From NCBI GenBank assembly GCA_951406725.2, contig OX597829.1, positions 50,902,001 to 50,966,000 of the forward strand: a stretch of DNA of 64,000 nt, written 5' to 3'. Numbering within the stretch: the first letter of the stretch is position 1; every line of letters starts with the position of its first letter. The position numbers and the translations under genes are program-made. Shown piece after piece: positions 25,839 through 38,101 of the stretch. The stretch is from Octopus vulgaris. Its lineage: Eukaryota. The notes under the pieces were generated by a model. That model was not told where the DNA came from. It saw only the letters and a list, made by a program, of their open reading frames with translations, and did no database searches.

Positions 25839-26314
25839 GTTCTTTTACTTATTTCAGTCATTTGACTGTGACTCTACTGGAACACAACCTTGAAGGATTT
25901 TAGTCAAACAAATTGGCCCCAAGACTTATTTAAGCTTAGTACTTATTCTATCAGTCTCTTTTGCCAAACCACTAAGTTACAGGTATATAAACACACTAAC
26001 ACTGGTTGTCAACTGGTGATGGGTGGACAAATACAGACACAACGACACAAAAATAGATACATATGATGGGCTTCTTTCAGTTTCACTCTAACAAATCCAC
26101 TCACAAGGCTTTCGTCGGCCCAAGGTGCTATGCAGTGGGACTGAACTTGGAACCATGTGTTTAGGAAGCCAGCTTCTTACCACACAGCCACACCTGGGAC
26201 ATAACTCTTAACTCAAATCCCTACTCATTTCATTATCTTTTTCACAGCAACTGCAATCTGGATCTGTCTATTTACCTCCAATAAAAGAGAGCAGTCGCTA
26301 TATTTCATTCCAGA

Positions 26315-26983
26315 GAAGGCGGCGAGCTGGCAGAAACGTTAGCACGCCGGGCGAAATGCGTAGCCGTATTTCGTCTACCGTTACGTTCCGAGTTCAAATT
26401 CCACCAAGGTTGACTTTGCCTTTCATCCTTTCGGGGTCGATAAATTAAGTACCAGTTACACACTGGGGTCGATATGATTGACTTAAATTCGTTTGTCTGT
26501 CCTTGTTTGTCCCCTCTGTGTTTAGCCTCTTGTGAGTAGTAAAGAAATAAGAAACGTTAGCACACCGGGTGAAAAGCTTAGTGACATTTTGTCTGTCTTT
26601 ACGTTCTGAGTTCAAATTCTGCCGAGTTCGACTTTGCCTTTCATCCTTTCGTGGTAGATAAATTAAGTACCTGTTACACACTGGGGTTGATCTAATCGAC
26701 TTAATCCGTTTGTCTGTCCTTCTTTGTCCTCTCTATGTTTAGCCCCTTGTGGGTAATAAAGAAATAAGAAACGTTAGCACACCGGGTGAAAAGCTTAGAG
26801 ACATTTTGTCTATCTTTACGTTCTGAGTTCAAATTCCGCCGAGTTCGACTTTGCCTTTCATCTTTTCGTGGTAGATAAATTAAGTATCAGTTACACACTG
26901 GGGTCGATATGATTGACTTAAATTCGTTTGTCTGTCCTTGTTTGTCCCCTCTGTGTTTAGCCCCTTGTGGGTAGTAAAGAAAC
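26315..26983 (+). mobile_element. Tandem trimer of Nin/Deu-domain-like SINE
   Basis: Units about 26315-26550, 26551-26767 and 26768-26983; units 2 and 3 start at GAAACGTTAGCAC. Confidence 0.85.
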
Positions 26984-27020
26984 ATATATTTCATTGGCTA
27001 CCTCTGATACATATCTATGT

Positions 27021-27908
27021 AGGTAGGTGGCCCTGCTCGATCTGTAGAAAAGGGGTAGGTAGAAACTCCATAAAATGTACCCAGTGTAAGCTATGGACGC
27101 ATAAGAGGTGTAGCAACATCAAAGGAAGATTAATTGAGAAGATAGCTTTCATGTGCAGCAGATGCACAGGGGCAATAGACACCACACACACTCAGAAAAC
27201 AGATTCCATCACACTCCAGGGGCAGAAACTAGAAGTAGTTGATAGTTTCCGCTACCTAGGTGACCAAGTTAGTAGTAGGGGTGGATGCTCAGAGAGTGTC
27301 ACCACTAGAATATGAATAGCCTGGGCAAAGTTTAGAAAGCTTCTACCTCTACTGGTGACAAAGGGTCTCTCGCTCAGGTTGAAAGATAGATTGTATGATG
27401 CATGTGTGTGAACTGCCATGCTTCACGGTAGTGAAACATGGGCTGTGACTGCAGAGGACATGCATAGACTTGAAAGAAATGAAGCTAACATGATCTGCTG
27501 GATGTGTAATGTCAGTGTGACCTGCTGTGCATGAGGAGACCTATTGAGTCAAGTACATCAACATCAAAATAAATATCAAATGGAAATTGTAGTTGTGTTA
27601 CCTGTGCCGGTGGCATGTAAAAGCATCATCCGAACTTGGCCAATGCCAGAACCGCCTTGACTGGCTTCCGTGCTGGTGGCATGTAAAAAGCACCAACCGA
27701 TCATGGACGCTGCTAGCCTCCCCTGGCACCTGTGTCATGAAAAAGCACCCACAACACTCACGGAGTGGTTGGCATTAGGAAGGGCATCCAGCTGTAGAAA
27801 CTCTGCCAGATCAGACTGGAGCCTGGTGCAGCTTCGTGGCTTCCCAGACTCCGGTCGAACCATCCAACACGTGCTAGCATGGAAAGCGGACGTTAAACAA
27901 TGATGATG
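27021..27908 (+). mobile_element. 5'-truncated RTE LINE with PHD-like finger, internally deleted
   Basis: GRWPCSICRKGVGRNSIKCTQCKLWTHKRCS...CSRC, EVVDSFRYLG, MLHGSETW; family 3' UTR and (TGA)n tail. Confidence 0.85.
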
Positions 27909-27925
27909 TATATATATATACATAC

Positions 27926-28024
<99 letters not shown>

Positions 28025-28168
28025 TAAGAGAATGGTCACTATGTGGCTCATTCTAGCACTAGAAAATCCAAAAGGTTTCAACCACAAAAATACATGTTTC
28101 CTATGAAAGTCAGTACGATTGTTAGCTCACACGAACAGGGCAAATAAAAATAACAAAAATACAGATTA

Positions 28169-28249
28169 TTTTGGGACAATTGTTTCGCTATTAATGAATT
28201 AAATGTAATTTTACTTACAAAAAACCCACTTGTAGCTCCTCAGCCAAAA
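28169..28249 (-). ncRNA. Intact minimal type I hammerhead ribozyme (inverted copy)
   Basis: Reverse complement of 28464-28544. Confidence 0.85.
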
Positions 28250-28463
28250 CTATCTGGATGAAATCCACTCAATCACACGCCAGATTTTACCATAACGATA
28301 AATACACGTGTGGTTCAAATGTAGTATTTGTTTCCGTGAAAGTTTGGCGTGCTGTTGGTAAGGGCATTTGAATTATAACGTCGGATGTAATCAATTGAAC
28401 CACACGTGTATTTATCGTTATGGTAAAATCTGGCGTGTGATTGAGTGGATTTCATCCAGATAG

Positions 28464-28544
28464 TTTTGGCTGAGGAGCTACAAGTGGGTTTTTTGTAAGT
28501 AAAATTACATTTAATTCATTAATAGCGAAACAATTGTCCCAAAA
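28464..28544 (+). ncRNA. Intact minimal type I hammerhead ribozyme
   Basis: Stem I TTTTGG/CCAAAA, CTGAGGA 28470-28476, stem II GCTA/TAGC, GAAAC-AATT-GTC (palindromic stem III), cleavage after 28538. Confidence 0.85.
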
Positions 28545-28827
28545 TAATCTGTATTTTTGTTATTTTTTATTTGCCCTGTTCGTGTGAGCTAACAATCGTA
28601 CTGACTTTCATAGGAAACATGTATTTTTGTGGTTGAAACCTTTTGGATTTTCTAGTGCTAGAATGAGCCACATAGTGACCATTCTCTTATATTTATTTTT
28701 GTATAAAATATTATAATATATTATAAAATATTATAATAATCCAGGTTTCTCGAGGCACTGGGCCACTTGGTGTTGAATAGATATGCTATTAAATTAGTAT
28801 CTAATTCTCTCACCCTTATTAATTAAT

Positions 28828-28858
<31 letters not shown>

Positions 28859-28873
28859 GTATGTGTATATATA

Positions 28874-28904
<31 letters not shown>

Positions 28905-30437
28905 ATGTGTGTGTGTGTATACATATATATGTGTACACACAAAGTATAGGGTTTAGTTCACAGGATATCTAAACGATTAGGTACGCTAGGTAAATGCTGT
29001 AACGGATTACTGGGGCTCCAAGGTAATAGCCGAGACGGTAGTTACGGAGCCATAACAGATATCCGATGCAGCAGATATATAGTTGTTAAACAGGACATGA
29101 AACATTAAGGCAAGGAAAATACCTCAAGTCATATACATTTTTATTATAGAGAGAAATTTAAAAAATCTTGCTTGTACATAAATATTATAATCTGACAGTG
29201 AATATAAACAAATGGATGTTTAGACATAAAAAATATATTTATAGCTATCATTTGGTTAATGAGTGAGAGAGAGAGAAGAGGGTGAGAGAGAGGGAGGAGT
29301 GAAAAAGACAGACTAAAATAGAAGATATTGGATGGAGGTGGGAGAGGTGGGGGTATAGTGGGGGGCAAGGCAGATTTCTATCCTTTTTAGGGTTCTTAAG
29401 GATTTTAATTTTCTTTAATATTTTTATAAACTTTTTTTATTTATTTATTTTTTTTACTGGTTTTAGTCATCAGGTTGTGGCCCTGCTGGAGCAAAAGCTT
29501 TGAGGTTTAATTGTTAGTTGTTCATATTGATGTTCCCCACCCTTCACCTCTCAGCATTCATTTCGTTCCGGTGGTACCTTTATTGAATTCTCTTTGCTGA
29601 ACTGTTAAGTCTACTAAAGTGAAACGGTGGCTAGCCCTTCAACGAAGTGGTACCTCAGCACAACCATTAAAGATTCAGTCAAACAAACCAACCCCATAGT
29701 TTTTTTAGTATTTATTCCATCAGTCTCTTTTTGCTGAATTTGCTAAGTTACAGGGACATATACAAACCAACACCAGTTGTTGAGGGCAAACAGAAGTGCA
29801 CGCGTGCATACACACACATACTAACTTAAAAGCTGCCCCATTGGGCAGTTTTTAAGCTAGCTCCTATAGATGGCTTTTCATTGGGCTCTGGGCCAACAAT
29901 AACACTTCGTGCTTTGAGTACATATTAAATTTTATTAAACTTGACCAATATTTTTCAAGCAATGAACAATTTTCATCAAAACAATGATATAATTTGGAAC
30001 TTATTGCAAAGCTGCATGATAAACAACATTTTTTGTTTTCCCATTCCAAGAAGGAGGGAGTACATATTTTTTTCTGTCTAATCTCTTCTTTCTGTTGATT
30101 GTTTTCAACCATCACCATCACCTGTACCACCACCATCGCAACCAAAACTGCCATACAAACATCATTCAGACTTCTGACGCCACCAGCATCAACACCTTTG
30201 ACTTCGTCGCCTTCTCCTCCACCACTACCACCACTGTCTTTCACATCCCTTACTATCACTGTCATGCTTGACCGCCTCAGCTACCACCGTCACCATCGCC
30301 TCCGCTTCTATCACACACTGGGGTCGATTTCTTCAACTAAAGGCGGTGCTCCAGCATGGCCGTAGTCAGATGACTGAAACAAATAAAAGAATTACATTTG
30401 ACAGAGTAATTGAATGCTGAGAGTGTCACCCATACCA

Positions 30438-30690
30438 TTCGGTTGGTGCATAATTATTGTGGTTTTATCTCAACAAATTTTATTCAACAAAAACAATAAC
30501 AACATTTAACAAAAACATCTTTAACTGATTATTCTGGAGCATATTCACCATCTACTTCAATTACTGCTTCCCATTTGCTTGGCAGATGGTCAGACCATCA
30601 TTTAGAGATGTTTTTGTTAAATATTGCTGTTGTTTTTGTTGAATAAAATTTTCTGAAAAAAAAAGCCGCCATAATTATGTACCAACCAAA
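30438..30690. mobile_element. Mariner-derived MITE with long TIRs
   Basis: TTCGGTTGGTGCATAATTATTG...CATAATTATGTACCAACCAAA; about 95-bp imperfect inverted arms resembling mariner TIRs. Confidence 0.7.
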
Positions 30691-31637
30691 GAAATTAATG
30701 CTATGAATTCTTTCCTTTTCAAGTTGGTAGGTTTTGATTTGAAGGAGATTTTGCTTCTATTTCTAGCAGCTTAAGCAATGTTATAGAGGCTTCCTCTGCA
30801 TTGCTGAGTGGATAAGGTACTGAGCAGCTTCAAGGTGAAAAGGCATTTTGTGTGTGTGTGTGTGTGTGTTATTAATGTATGTGTGTATGGAAGTTTGTCT
30901 GCATGTATGTGTGTGTGTATGTAGGCTTTATGCAGCATGTATGTGTGTATGTGTGTGTCTGTATGTGTACGCTTGCAAGTATGTGTATATGGGAGTTTGT
31001 GTGTGTGTGTGTGTATGCATGCATGCATGTATGTTTGTACTTATGTATGTAGCTATGTACATATGTATATTTGTATGTATGTATTTATGTATGTGTATGC
31101 ATGCATGTATCTGTATGTATAGATGAATGTGTGCATGTATGTGTGTATGCTTGTATGAATGTGTGCATGTATGTACGCACGTATGTATGTTTTTTGTGTG
31201 CATGTGTAAGCATGCATATATGTGTATGTATATTTGTATATTTGTATGTATGTATGTATCTGTATGTTCTCATGTATCTGTCTGTCTCTCTATATGTGTG
31301 TATGTGTGTAGGCAGTAACACACTTTATTCTTACTCATTTTGGTTTGCCTATCAGGAACCGGTTCCAGATCTTCCAAGAATATCATTTATAATATACACA
31401 CACCCCAAGAGAATATCATCTCTTACCCACTCAATACCCAGTAAATCAATGTTATGCTCTTAACCTTTATGATCTCTTTGGGACATTCCAGATATTAAAT
31501 ATCCTGTTTATTGAAAAGATTTCCATTTCTGTAGGATTTCTACAACATCGCTCCATGGTTAAGAAGCCTGCTTCCCAAACATGTGGTATCAGTTTCAGTC
31601 CCACACCACAGCACTTTGACCAAGGGTCTTCTGTAAT

Positions 31638-31803
31638 CACTAGTGTAGCCATAGTGTGTGCTGCTTGGGGCGACCCTTCTGTTTGCCGTCCTTGGACCCC
31701 ACAAAAAGCACATATTGCCTACAGCAGACCCAAAAGTCATGCCCCTTTCAAAGTGTCACCCAGGGCAGACCACCTCTACCACTTCCCACAAGCTATGCTA
31801 GTG
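31638..31803. mobile_element. Short TIR element (CACTAGTGTAGC...GCTATGCTAGTG); related copies at about 32493-32630 and 62438-62580
   Basis: 12-bp imperfect TIRs and shared GACCCTTCTGTTTGCC interior. Confidence 0.6.
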
Positions 31804-32654
31804 GTTGACCCCAGTATTTCACTAGTGTAGTGGTTCCCAGCCTGGGGTCCATGGACACCTGATGGTCCATAAAGGTAGTACTGGATGTCCATGAACTAAA
31901 TTCAAAATTTCATATATACATCATCATCATCATCATCATCATTTAACATCTGTTTTCCATGTTGGCATGGGTTGGGCGGTTCAACTGGTGTCTGGGAAGC
32001 CAGGAGGCTGCACCAGGCCCCAATATGATCTGGCTCTATTCTACAACTGGATACCCTTCCTAATGCAAACCACTCTGAGAGTGTACTGAGTGCTTTTTAT
32101 ATGCCACTGGCACAGGGGCGAGAGGGGCTAGCATCGACCACAATCTGATGGTGCTTTTTACGTGCCACTGACATAGAAGCCAGTCAAGGTAGCACTGGCA
32201 TTTATATATATATATATATATATGTTTTGTGTGAGCGTGTACGTATGTAGACGTTATGAATGCAGGTGATTTATGTCTATGTATTGTGAGAATAAGGTTG
32301 CATGTATTTTTTATCTTTTATCTTTTTTCCTACCTATTAGAGTAAATTCCCTTTTATTCAATGATTTTTTTTATGGCGTCTATTGTCATAATAGCTTATG
32401 AGAATGCATCATAGCTCTTAACTCCGGCATTTGAGACTCTGAGACCTATTAGGACAACTTATTGATTGTCCTAAACTACACACACATACACACACTAGCA
32501 TAGCTAGAGTGTGTGCCACCTAGGTTGACCCTTCTGTTTGCCACCCCCAGATCCCACAAAGATACAATTCCTATACAAGACCCAGAAGTGCCACCTGAGG
32601 TGGACTCCCTCCCTACTAGCTATGCTAATGTCTGTTATTGCCCTGGATTGATCA

Positions 32655-32935
32655 TAAACTGCACATATTTCTTTGGTTGCTTGTGAAGCATTTTTCCCTT
32701 TACAGAAAAAGAGAAGCATCAAGTGCCAAAAATGAACTTTCTTATCTTCCATTTTAAAGGGTTACAGAATTAACACAGGTTATAGGAACATAAACCTTCT
32801 ACCATGAAAATATAGCTGAAACTGTGCTCTAAATGAAGGTGTAGTCAAATCCTATTTTATGGACTCAACCATGTTCTAAAATAAGTTGAAAGGTAAGCTA
32901 CTATAAATCGGCATGAACTTTCCGGACAGCCCAAT
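32655..32935 (-). mobile_element. Mariner transposon 5' fragment
   Basis: MEDKKVHFWHLMLLFFCKGKNASQATKEICAVYD mariner N-terminus, plus TIR TATTGGGCTGTCCGGAAAGTTC; not seen in the right arm. Confidence 0.8.
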
Positions 32936-33059
32936 ATATATATAGCACAAAGCATTTTGTGTATTGCTCTACTGATTCAGTTAATCTTTCTTTCTTATGT
33001 GTCTTCCTGTTTGTTGTTTTATTAATTCTGCAAATCCTGCCATCCATCCACCCTCTCTG

Positions 33060-33520
33060 TCCACTATTCCTGGATGGTTTGAGGGGACAGCTCTCTCGGG
33101 GACCTCCTCCATAGGGTCCTATCAGAAGAAACCATCATTACACTTTCTGACTGGATTCCCAAGAATGACCAAATGGAACTGAATATTATCTGGTCTAATC
33201 TTAACTCTGATTGGTTCCACTTGAAGAATTCACCTTGTGATTCTTTTCTGCGACATCCTAATCACATGTCTGCAGAACTTGGGCTGTGACATCTTAATGC
33301 AGAGAAGTAGCATTTCAACATGGAGTGATTTGCTGATCTCCAAACTCTGCTTCCTACTGAGATACATTATTCCAGGAATTCTTCAGAGGAATCCATTTCA
33401 GCTGCTTGTATTTGTTATCATACTCTTTCGGTCATTATCCAATATTTATGACCATAAGTGAAGATAAGCATGAAAACTGGGAGATAGCAAGTTTGGCTTT
33501 TTTACCAGCCTCTTCTCTTC
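33060..33520 (-). mobile_element. Old Rex3/Expander-like RTE fragment (duplicate of 59530-59990)
   Basis: Reverse complement of 59530-59990. Confidence 0.7.
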
Positions 33521-33688
33521 TGAGGATTGAATTGCCCTTCTCCTCCAAAAAACCAGAGTCATATTTTGAGTGTAAAGTCAATTTAGAAAAAAAAAAACAT
33601 GTTTAACCCTTTAATATTCAGATTAATTTGTCAAATGTAATGCTTATCTGTTCACATTAATTTTGATTTATTCAGGTTCAAGTGGGGT

Positions 33689-34785
33689 CATCATCTTCAT
33701 CGTTTAACGTCCGCTTTCCACGCTGATTTGACTGAGGGCTGGCGAACCAGATGGGTGCACCAAACTCCAAACTGATCTGGCAGAGTTTCTACAGCTGGCT
33801 ACCTTTCCTAATGCCAACCACTCCAAGAGTGTAGTGGATGCTTTTACGTGCCACCGGCATGAGGGCTAGTCAGACATTACTGGCAACGACTACGCTCACA
33901 TGGTGTTTTTTTACATGCCACCTGCACAGGAGCCAATCCAGCAGCACTGGCAATGACCTCACTCGAATGTTTTTTTCCACGTGCCACCAGCACAAGTACC
34001 AGTAAAGCGATGCTGGTAAAGATCACACTCAAATGGTGCTTTTTACATGCCACCGGCACAGAAGCCAGTTAGCTGCTCTGTAAACAATCACGCTCGAATG
34101 GTGCCATCGAATTTGATTTTAATTTCGATTTTACTTGCCTCAACAGGTCTTCGCAAGCAGAGTTTAGTGTCAAATGAAGGAAAGGTATGCATAAGTGGGC
34201 TGGTTACACCCCTGGCATAGACCACGAGGGTATGGTCTCATTTCGCTTGCTGGGTCTTCTCAAGCACAGCATATTTCCAAAGGTCTCAGTCACTAGTGAG
34301 GCCTAATGTTTGAAGGTCATGCTTCATCTCCTCATCCCAGGTTTTCCTGGGTCTACTTCTTCCACAGGTTCCCTCAACTGTTAGGGTGTGACACTTTTTC
34401 ACACAGCTATCCTCATCCATTCTCACCACATGACCATACCAGCGCAGTCATCTCTCTTGCACACCACATCTGATACTTCTTAAATCCAACTTTTCTCTCG
34501 GGGTGCTTATACTCTGTTGTGTATGCACAGACATTACACATCCAGTGGAGCATACTGGCTTCATTCCTTGTGAGCTTACAAATGTCCTCAGCAGTCTTGG
34601 CCCATGTTTCACTGCCATGTAGCATAGCTGTTCGTACACATACGTCATACAGTCTACCTTTTACTCTGAGCGAGAGGCCCTTTGTCACCAGCAGAGGTAG
34701 GAGCTCTCTGAAATTTACCCAGGCTATTCTTATTCTAGCAGCTACACTTTCAGAGCACCCTCCCCCACTACTGACTTGGTCACCT
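33689..34785 (-). mobile_element. 5'-truncated PHD-RTE family LINE inserted in the piggyBac
   Basis: GDQVSSGGGCSESVAARIRIAW...MLHGSETW and GTCGRSRPRKTW, family 3' UTR; empty site at 59367/59368. Confidence 0.9.
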
Positions 34786-35422
34786 GTCCACACTATTTGC
34801 TTGTAACTTAATAGATAATCCAATGGTTGAGCATCAGGAGGTACATTGTGTTGTGGACCAGTGTTTTCTTTGCAATCAGGAATAGTGATCTTGTTCTCAA
34901 AATCTTCCTCATCCAATGAATATTCACTAATATCGATATCAGATTCATCTGAAGACAAAATACTCTTCTTTTCATTATATTTTCTATATCGTCAACAGTA
35001 AAACCTTCAAAGTTTCTCACACCATTTCATTAAAAGCTAGGGTACAGACTTCTCTCCAAACGTTGAAAATAAAACACTATTGATTTTTTATTCTCCACAA
35101 GGGGCGAACACAGACAGGACAATACATAACATGTGGGGACATAATACAAACAAAAAAAAAAATCAAATCAACATATGAGAACATGGGATGATGGAGAAAA
35201 TGAGAAAAATGTAATGAAACTACCCGGCTCCACCTCTGAGTAAATCCATTTCTGCATTTTAACAATTCTTATACATTGATCCTTCCAAAATGTCCACATC
35301 ATGCTCTTCCAGGAATTTTTCATATGTTAGAAGGTCTGGCAGTTTGTTCCAATCAAGTTCCACTTCCTACCAATCCTATCCACTTCCATGCCTTGTCAAC
35401 CTCACCTTTTGTTCCTCAATGG

Positions 35423-36022
35423 TTACCACACATTGGTGCCACCTCTTAACATTGTCATACCCCTCTGTTTCCACTTCTTTACACTCTTCCATGTCCTTAT
35501 CTCCTTACATAATTCCTCATTTGAATTGTTGTACATTATTACGGTACATATTTCTCTTTTCCGCCTGGCTGGAGGGAATTTGAGGGTTTTGTGTGTATTT
35601 GTTTTCTTTTTCTTTTGTTCCTGTGTCGGAGGGGAATGGGTAGGCTTGGTGTCTGCAGAGGGAGGGTGGGTCTGAGAGGGTGTGGGTTGGGGGTTTAGAA
35701 TTCGAAACACTTGCCTTCTTTCTTTTTCTTCTGGTGACTTTTCCCACTTGTCCTCCATTGCTACTAATTTCTCCTCCTTTCTGGTTTCTTCTTCCTTTCT
35801 GGAACTCTCCAACCTCTCACACAGCTTCACCTCAAAACCATCCCAACTTAATAAATCTTTATACCTTCCCAATTTTCCAATAGCCATTTCCTTCTCCCGG
35901 CATTTTGCCACATCGGCAAAATTCCTCTTCTTCTTCAATTGATCGTCCATCTTCCAAACTGCCTCCAACAATTCCTCTTCCAACGGTGATATGTCTGAAA
36001 AGCTACAGTCTTCTACAGACAT
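35423..36022 (-). pseudogene. 199-aa ORF of unknown identity inside the piggyBac; possibly non-LTR ORF1/gag-like
   Basis: Non-microsatellite ORF with KRNFADVAK, coiled-coil and P/T-rich linker; a frameshifted paralog lies at 56174-56935. Confidence 0.4.
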
Positions 36023-36961
36023 GGTTTTACTAAGCTATCTCTCCTCTTACGAGAAGAGAAAGCACAAACAAACAAACCACTGCAAAGCAGCACAACACAT
36101 TCAGAAACTCGAGAAAAAAAACTCCTGTACAAAAAGCAAAGTATAAAATATACAAATGTTGAAAAACCATGTGGTCTAAACAATTTCACAATATTTATAC
36201 TTGAATAAAAGCGAGAAAAGCTTCATCTCACATTATCTCAAAGCTACGAGAATTCAATGTGATTTGTTTAATTTTTTAGCGATTTCAAAGAGCAGATGGA
36301 TATGGCCTGATTTGGCTGATTTGAACAAATAAAGGGGACTTAATTTTGGCTGGTTTAAACACTAAATTGTTAAAGATTTTGTATGTAAAATACATTTCTG
36401 TAAGAGTCGGAGAAACTCAATTAGAAAGTTTGAATTATAAATTAAACAGCATCATAGTTTTGGTTTTATGACTTTCATTCTTCAATATAAGAGAAAACAA
36501 ATGCAAAACAAAAGAAGCAACACATCTAAGACTTACAATGTTAAATGTTATTCACCAAAACAGGAATTAAAAATACAAAAAAGGAGAAAGAAATGATAAA
36601 ATTAACAAGAAAACCTACAAGAAGACATGAAAATGTTTTCTTCCAAATTTTGATGTTATTCTCTTCCGATTTTTTTAGTGCTGCTATTCTCTTCCAATTT
36701 TCATCCAATCAGTGAAATTCCATGCCAATTAGTTTTGAAAAGAAGTGAAACATGTGGCATGTTCATTACACATCTAAGCATGTTCTTCTGTTGCATTCCT
36801 GGTGTTGATAAGAAATATTGGGCATGCAGTAACCTAACAGTGCATTTTTCTGCCTGCAATTAGATATATATATGGGGGGGGGGGGTATGTATGTGTATAT
36901 GTACTTATGTATGTGTTTGTGTATAAGCATTAAAGTATATGTGTATATGTAAGTACTTATA

Positions 36962-37016
<55 letters not shown>

Positions 37017-37024
37017 TGTATCTA

Positions 37025-37093
<69 letters not shown>

Positions 37094-37108
37094 ATGTATG
37101 TATGTATA

Positions 37109-37198
37109 CTAGCAGTATAATCTGGCTTTGCCTGGGATTAAGTTAGGATTATAACTGAGTAACATCAATGTCAAATTTCGGCGAAATCCATTGAAATT

Positions 37199-37235
<37 letters not shown>

Positions 37236-38019
37236 GCAACACACGCACATACATATGTATACTCTTTTACTCTTTTACTTGTTTCAGTCATTTGACTGCG
37301 GCCATGCTGGAGCACCGTTTTTTAGTCGAGCAAATCGACACCAGAACTTATTCTTTGTAAGCCCAGTACTTATTCTATCGGTCTCTTTTGCCGAACCGCT
37401 AAGTGACAGGGATGTAAACACACCAGCATCGGTTGTCAAGCAATGCTAGGGGGACAAACACAGACACACAAACATACACACACACAAATATATATATACA
37501 TACATATATACGACGGGCTTCTTTCAGTTTCCGTCTACCAAATCCACTCACAAGGCTTTGGTTGGCCCGAGGCTATAGTAGAAGACACTTGCCCAAGGTG
37601 CCATGCAGTTGGACTGAACCCGGAACCATGTGGTTGGTAAGCAAGCTACTTACCACACAGCCACTCATCTATTGCATACATGTTTTTCATACTCATACAT
37701 ATTCGTATGTGTGTTTCCTCAATGGAAAAAACAGCAAAAGTCTTAAGAAAAACTTACTCATTGCTACAAGGGGACTTATCTACTGTTTGCAAACCATGGT
37801 GATTTCTCTGACTTCAAAATTGTTAAAAGTTTTGGTTGAAAATTTATTTTTATTGCTATTCGCTGGTGGCTCTGGGAAAAATAAGTTGATGAAATTACAG
37901 CTAGTGTCATGATGAATGTCCTCCTAAAATTGGAGTGATGTGCGTGCTAATTTGTGGACGTACATAAATTACATTCACGTACACGCAAACACACACATCC
38001 TGCCTTTTATATATACAGA
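37109..38019 (-). mobile_element. Non-autonomous Helitron with a nested SINE
   Basis: Minus strand begins A|TCTGTATATATAAAAGG and ends ...TACTGCTAG|T, like 49717-50118; the two ends are assumed to belong to one element. Confidence 0.55.
37261..37666 (-). mobile_element. Full-length CORE-like octopus SINE
   Basis: Near-identical to 24757-25174. Confidence 0.85.
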
Positions 38020-38024
38020 TATTC

Positions 38025-38101
<77 letters not shown>

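Larger units (their letters stand above)
28016..28826. mobile_element. Fold-back element with two hammerheads, inserted in (TA)n
   Basis: Arms 28016-28318 and 28395-28698 appear perfectly inverted; long arm continues to CACCCTTATT at about 28820. Confidence 0.9.
33607..36369 (-). mobile_element. piggyBac element, left copy (about 1.9-kb internal deletion, LINE insertion)
   Basis: TTAA-CCCTTTA end at 33603-33613, other end ...ACTAAATTG-TTAA at 36369; transposase N-terminal remnant at about 34810-35030. Confidence 0.75.
32287..36861. repeat. Left arm of an inverted segmental duplication
   Basis: 32287-32478 vs 63832-64000, about 32490-32655 vs 62415-62590, and 32940-36861 vs 55207-60105 are all reverse-complement and colinear. 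Confidence 0.92.

Noticed and set aside
28945-29140. CpG-richer segment ending in AAACCCT on the minus strand as another fold-back family
   Set aside because: Single copy, with no inverted arm or ribozyme visible; not supportable from this window.
32997-33606. Paired ORFs conserved with 59585-60049 as host exons
   Set aside because: They are antisense to an old RTE fragment; conservation is explained by the segmental duplication.
33840-34105. CRISPR-like repeat-spacer pattern (TTTTTACGTGCCACC repeats)
   Set aside because: Degenerate internal minisatellite of the RTE 3' UTR in eukaryotic DNA; spacers are related to each other and there are no cas genes.
34413-34958. 181-aa ORF as a real gene
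   Set aside because: Chance in-frame fusion of a piggyBac N-terminal remnant and an RTE fragment created by deletion plus insertion.
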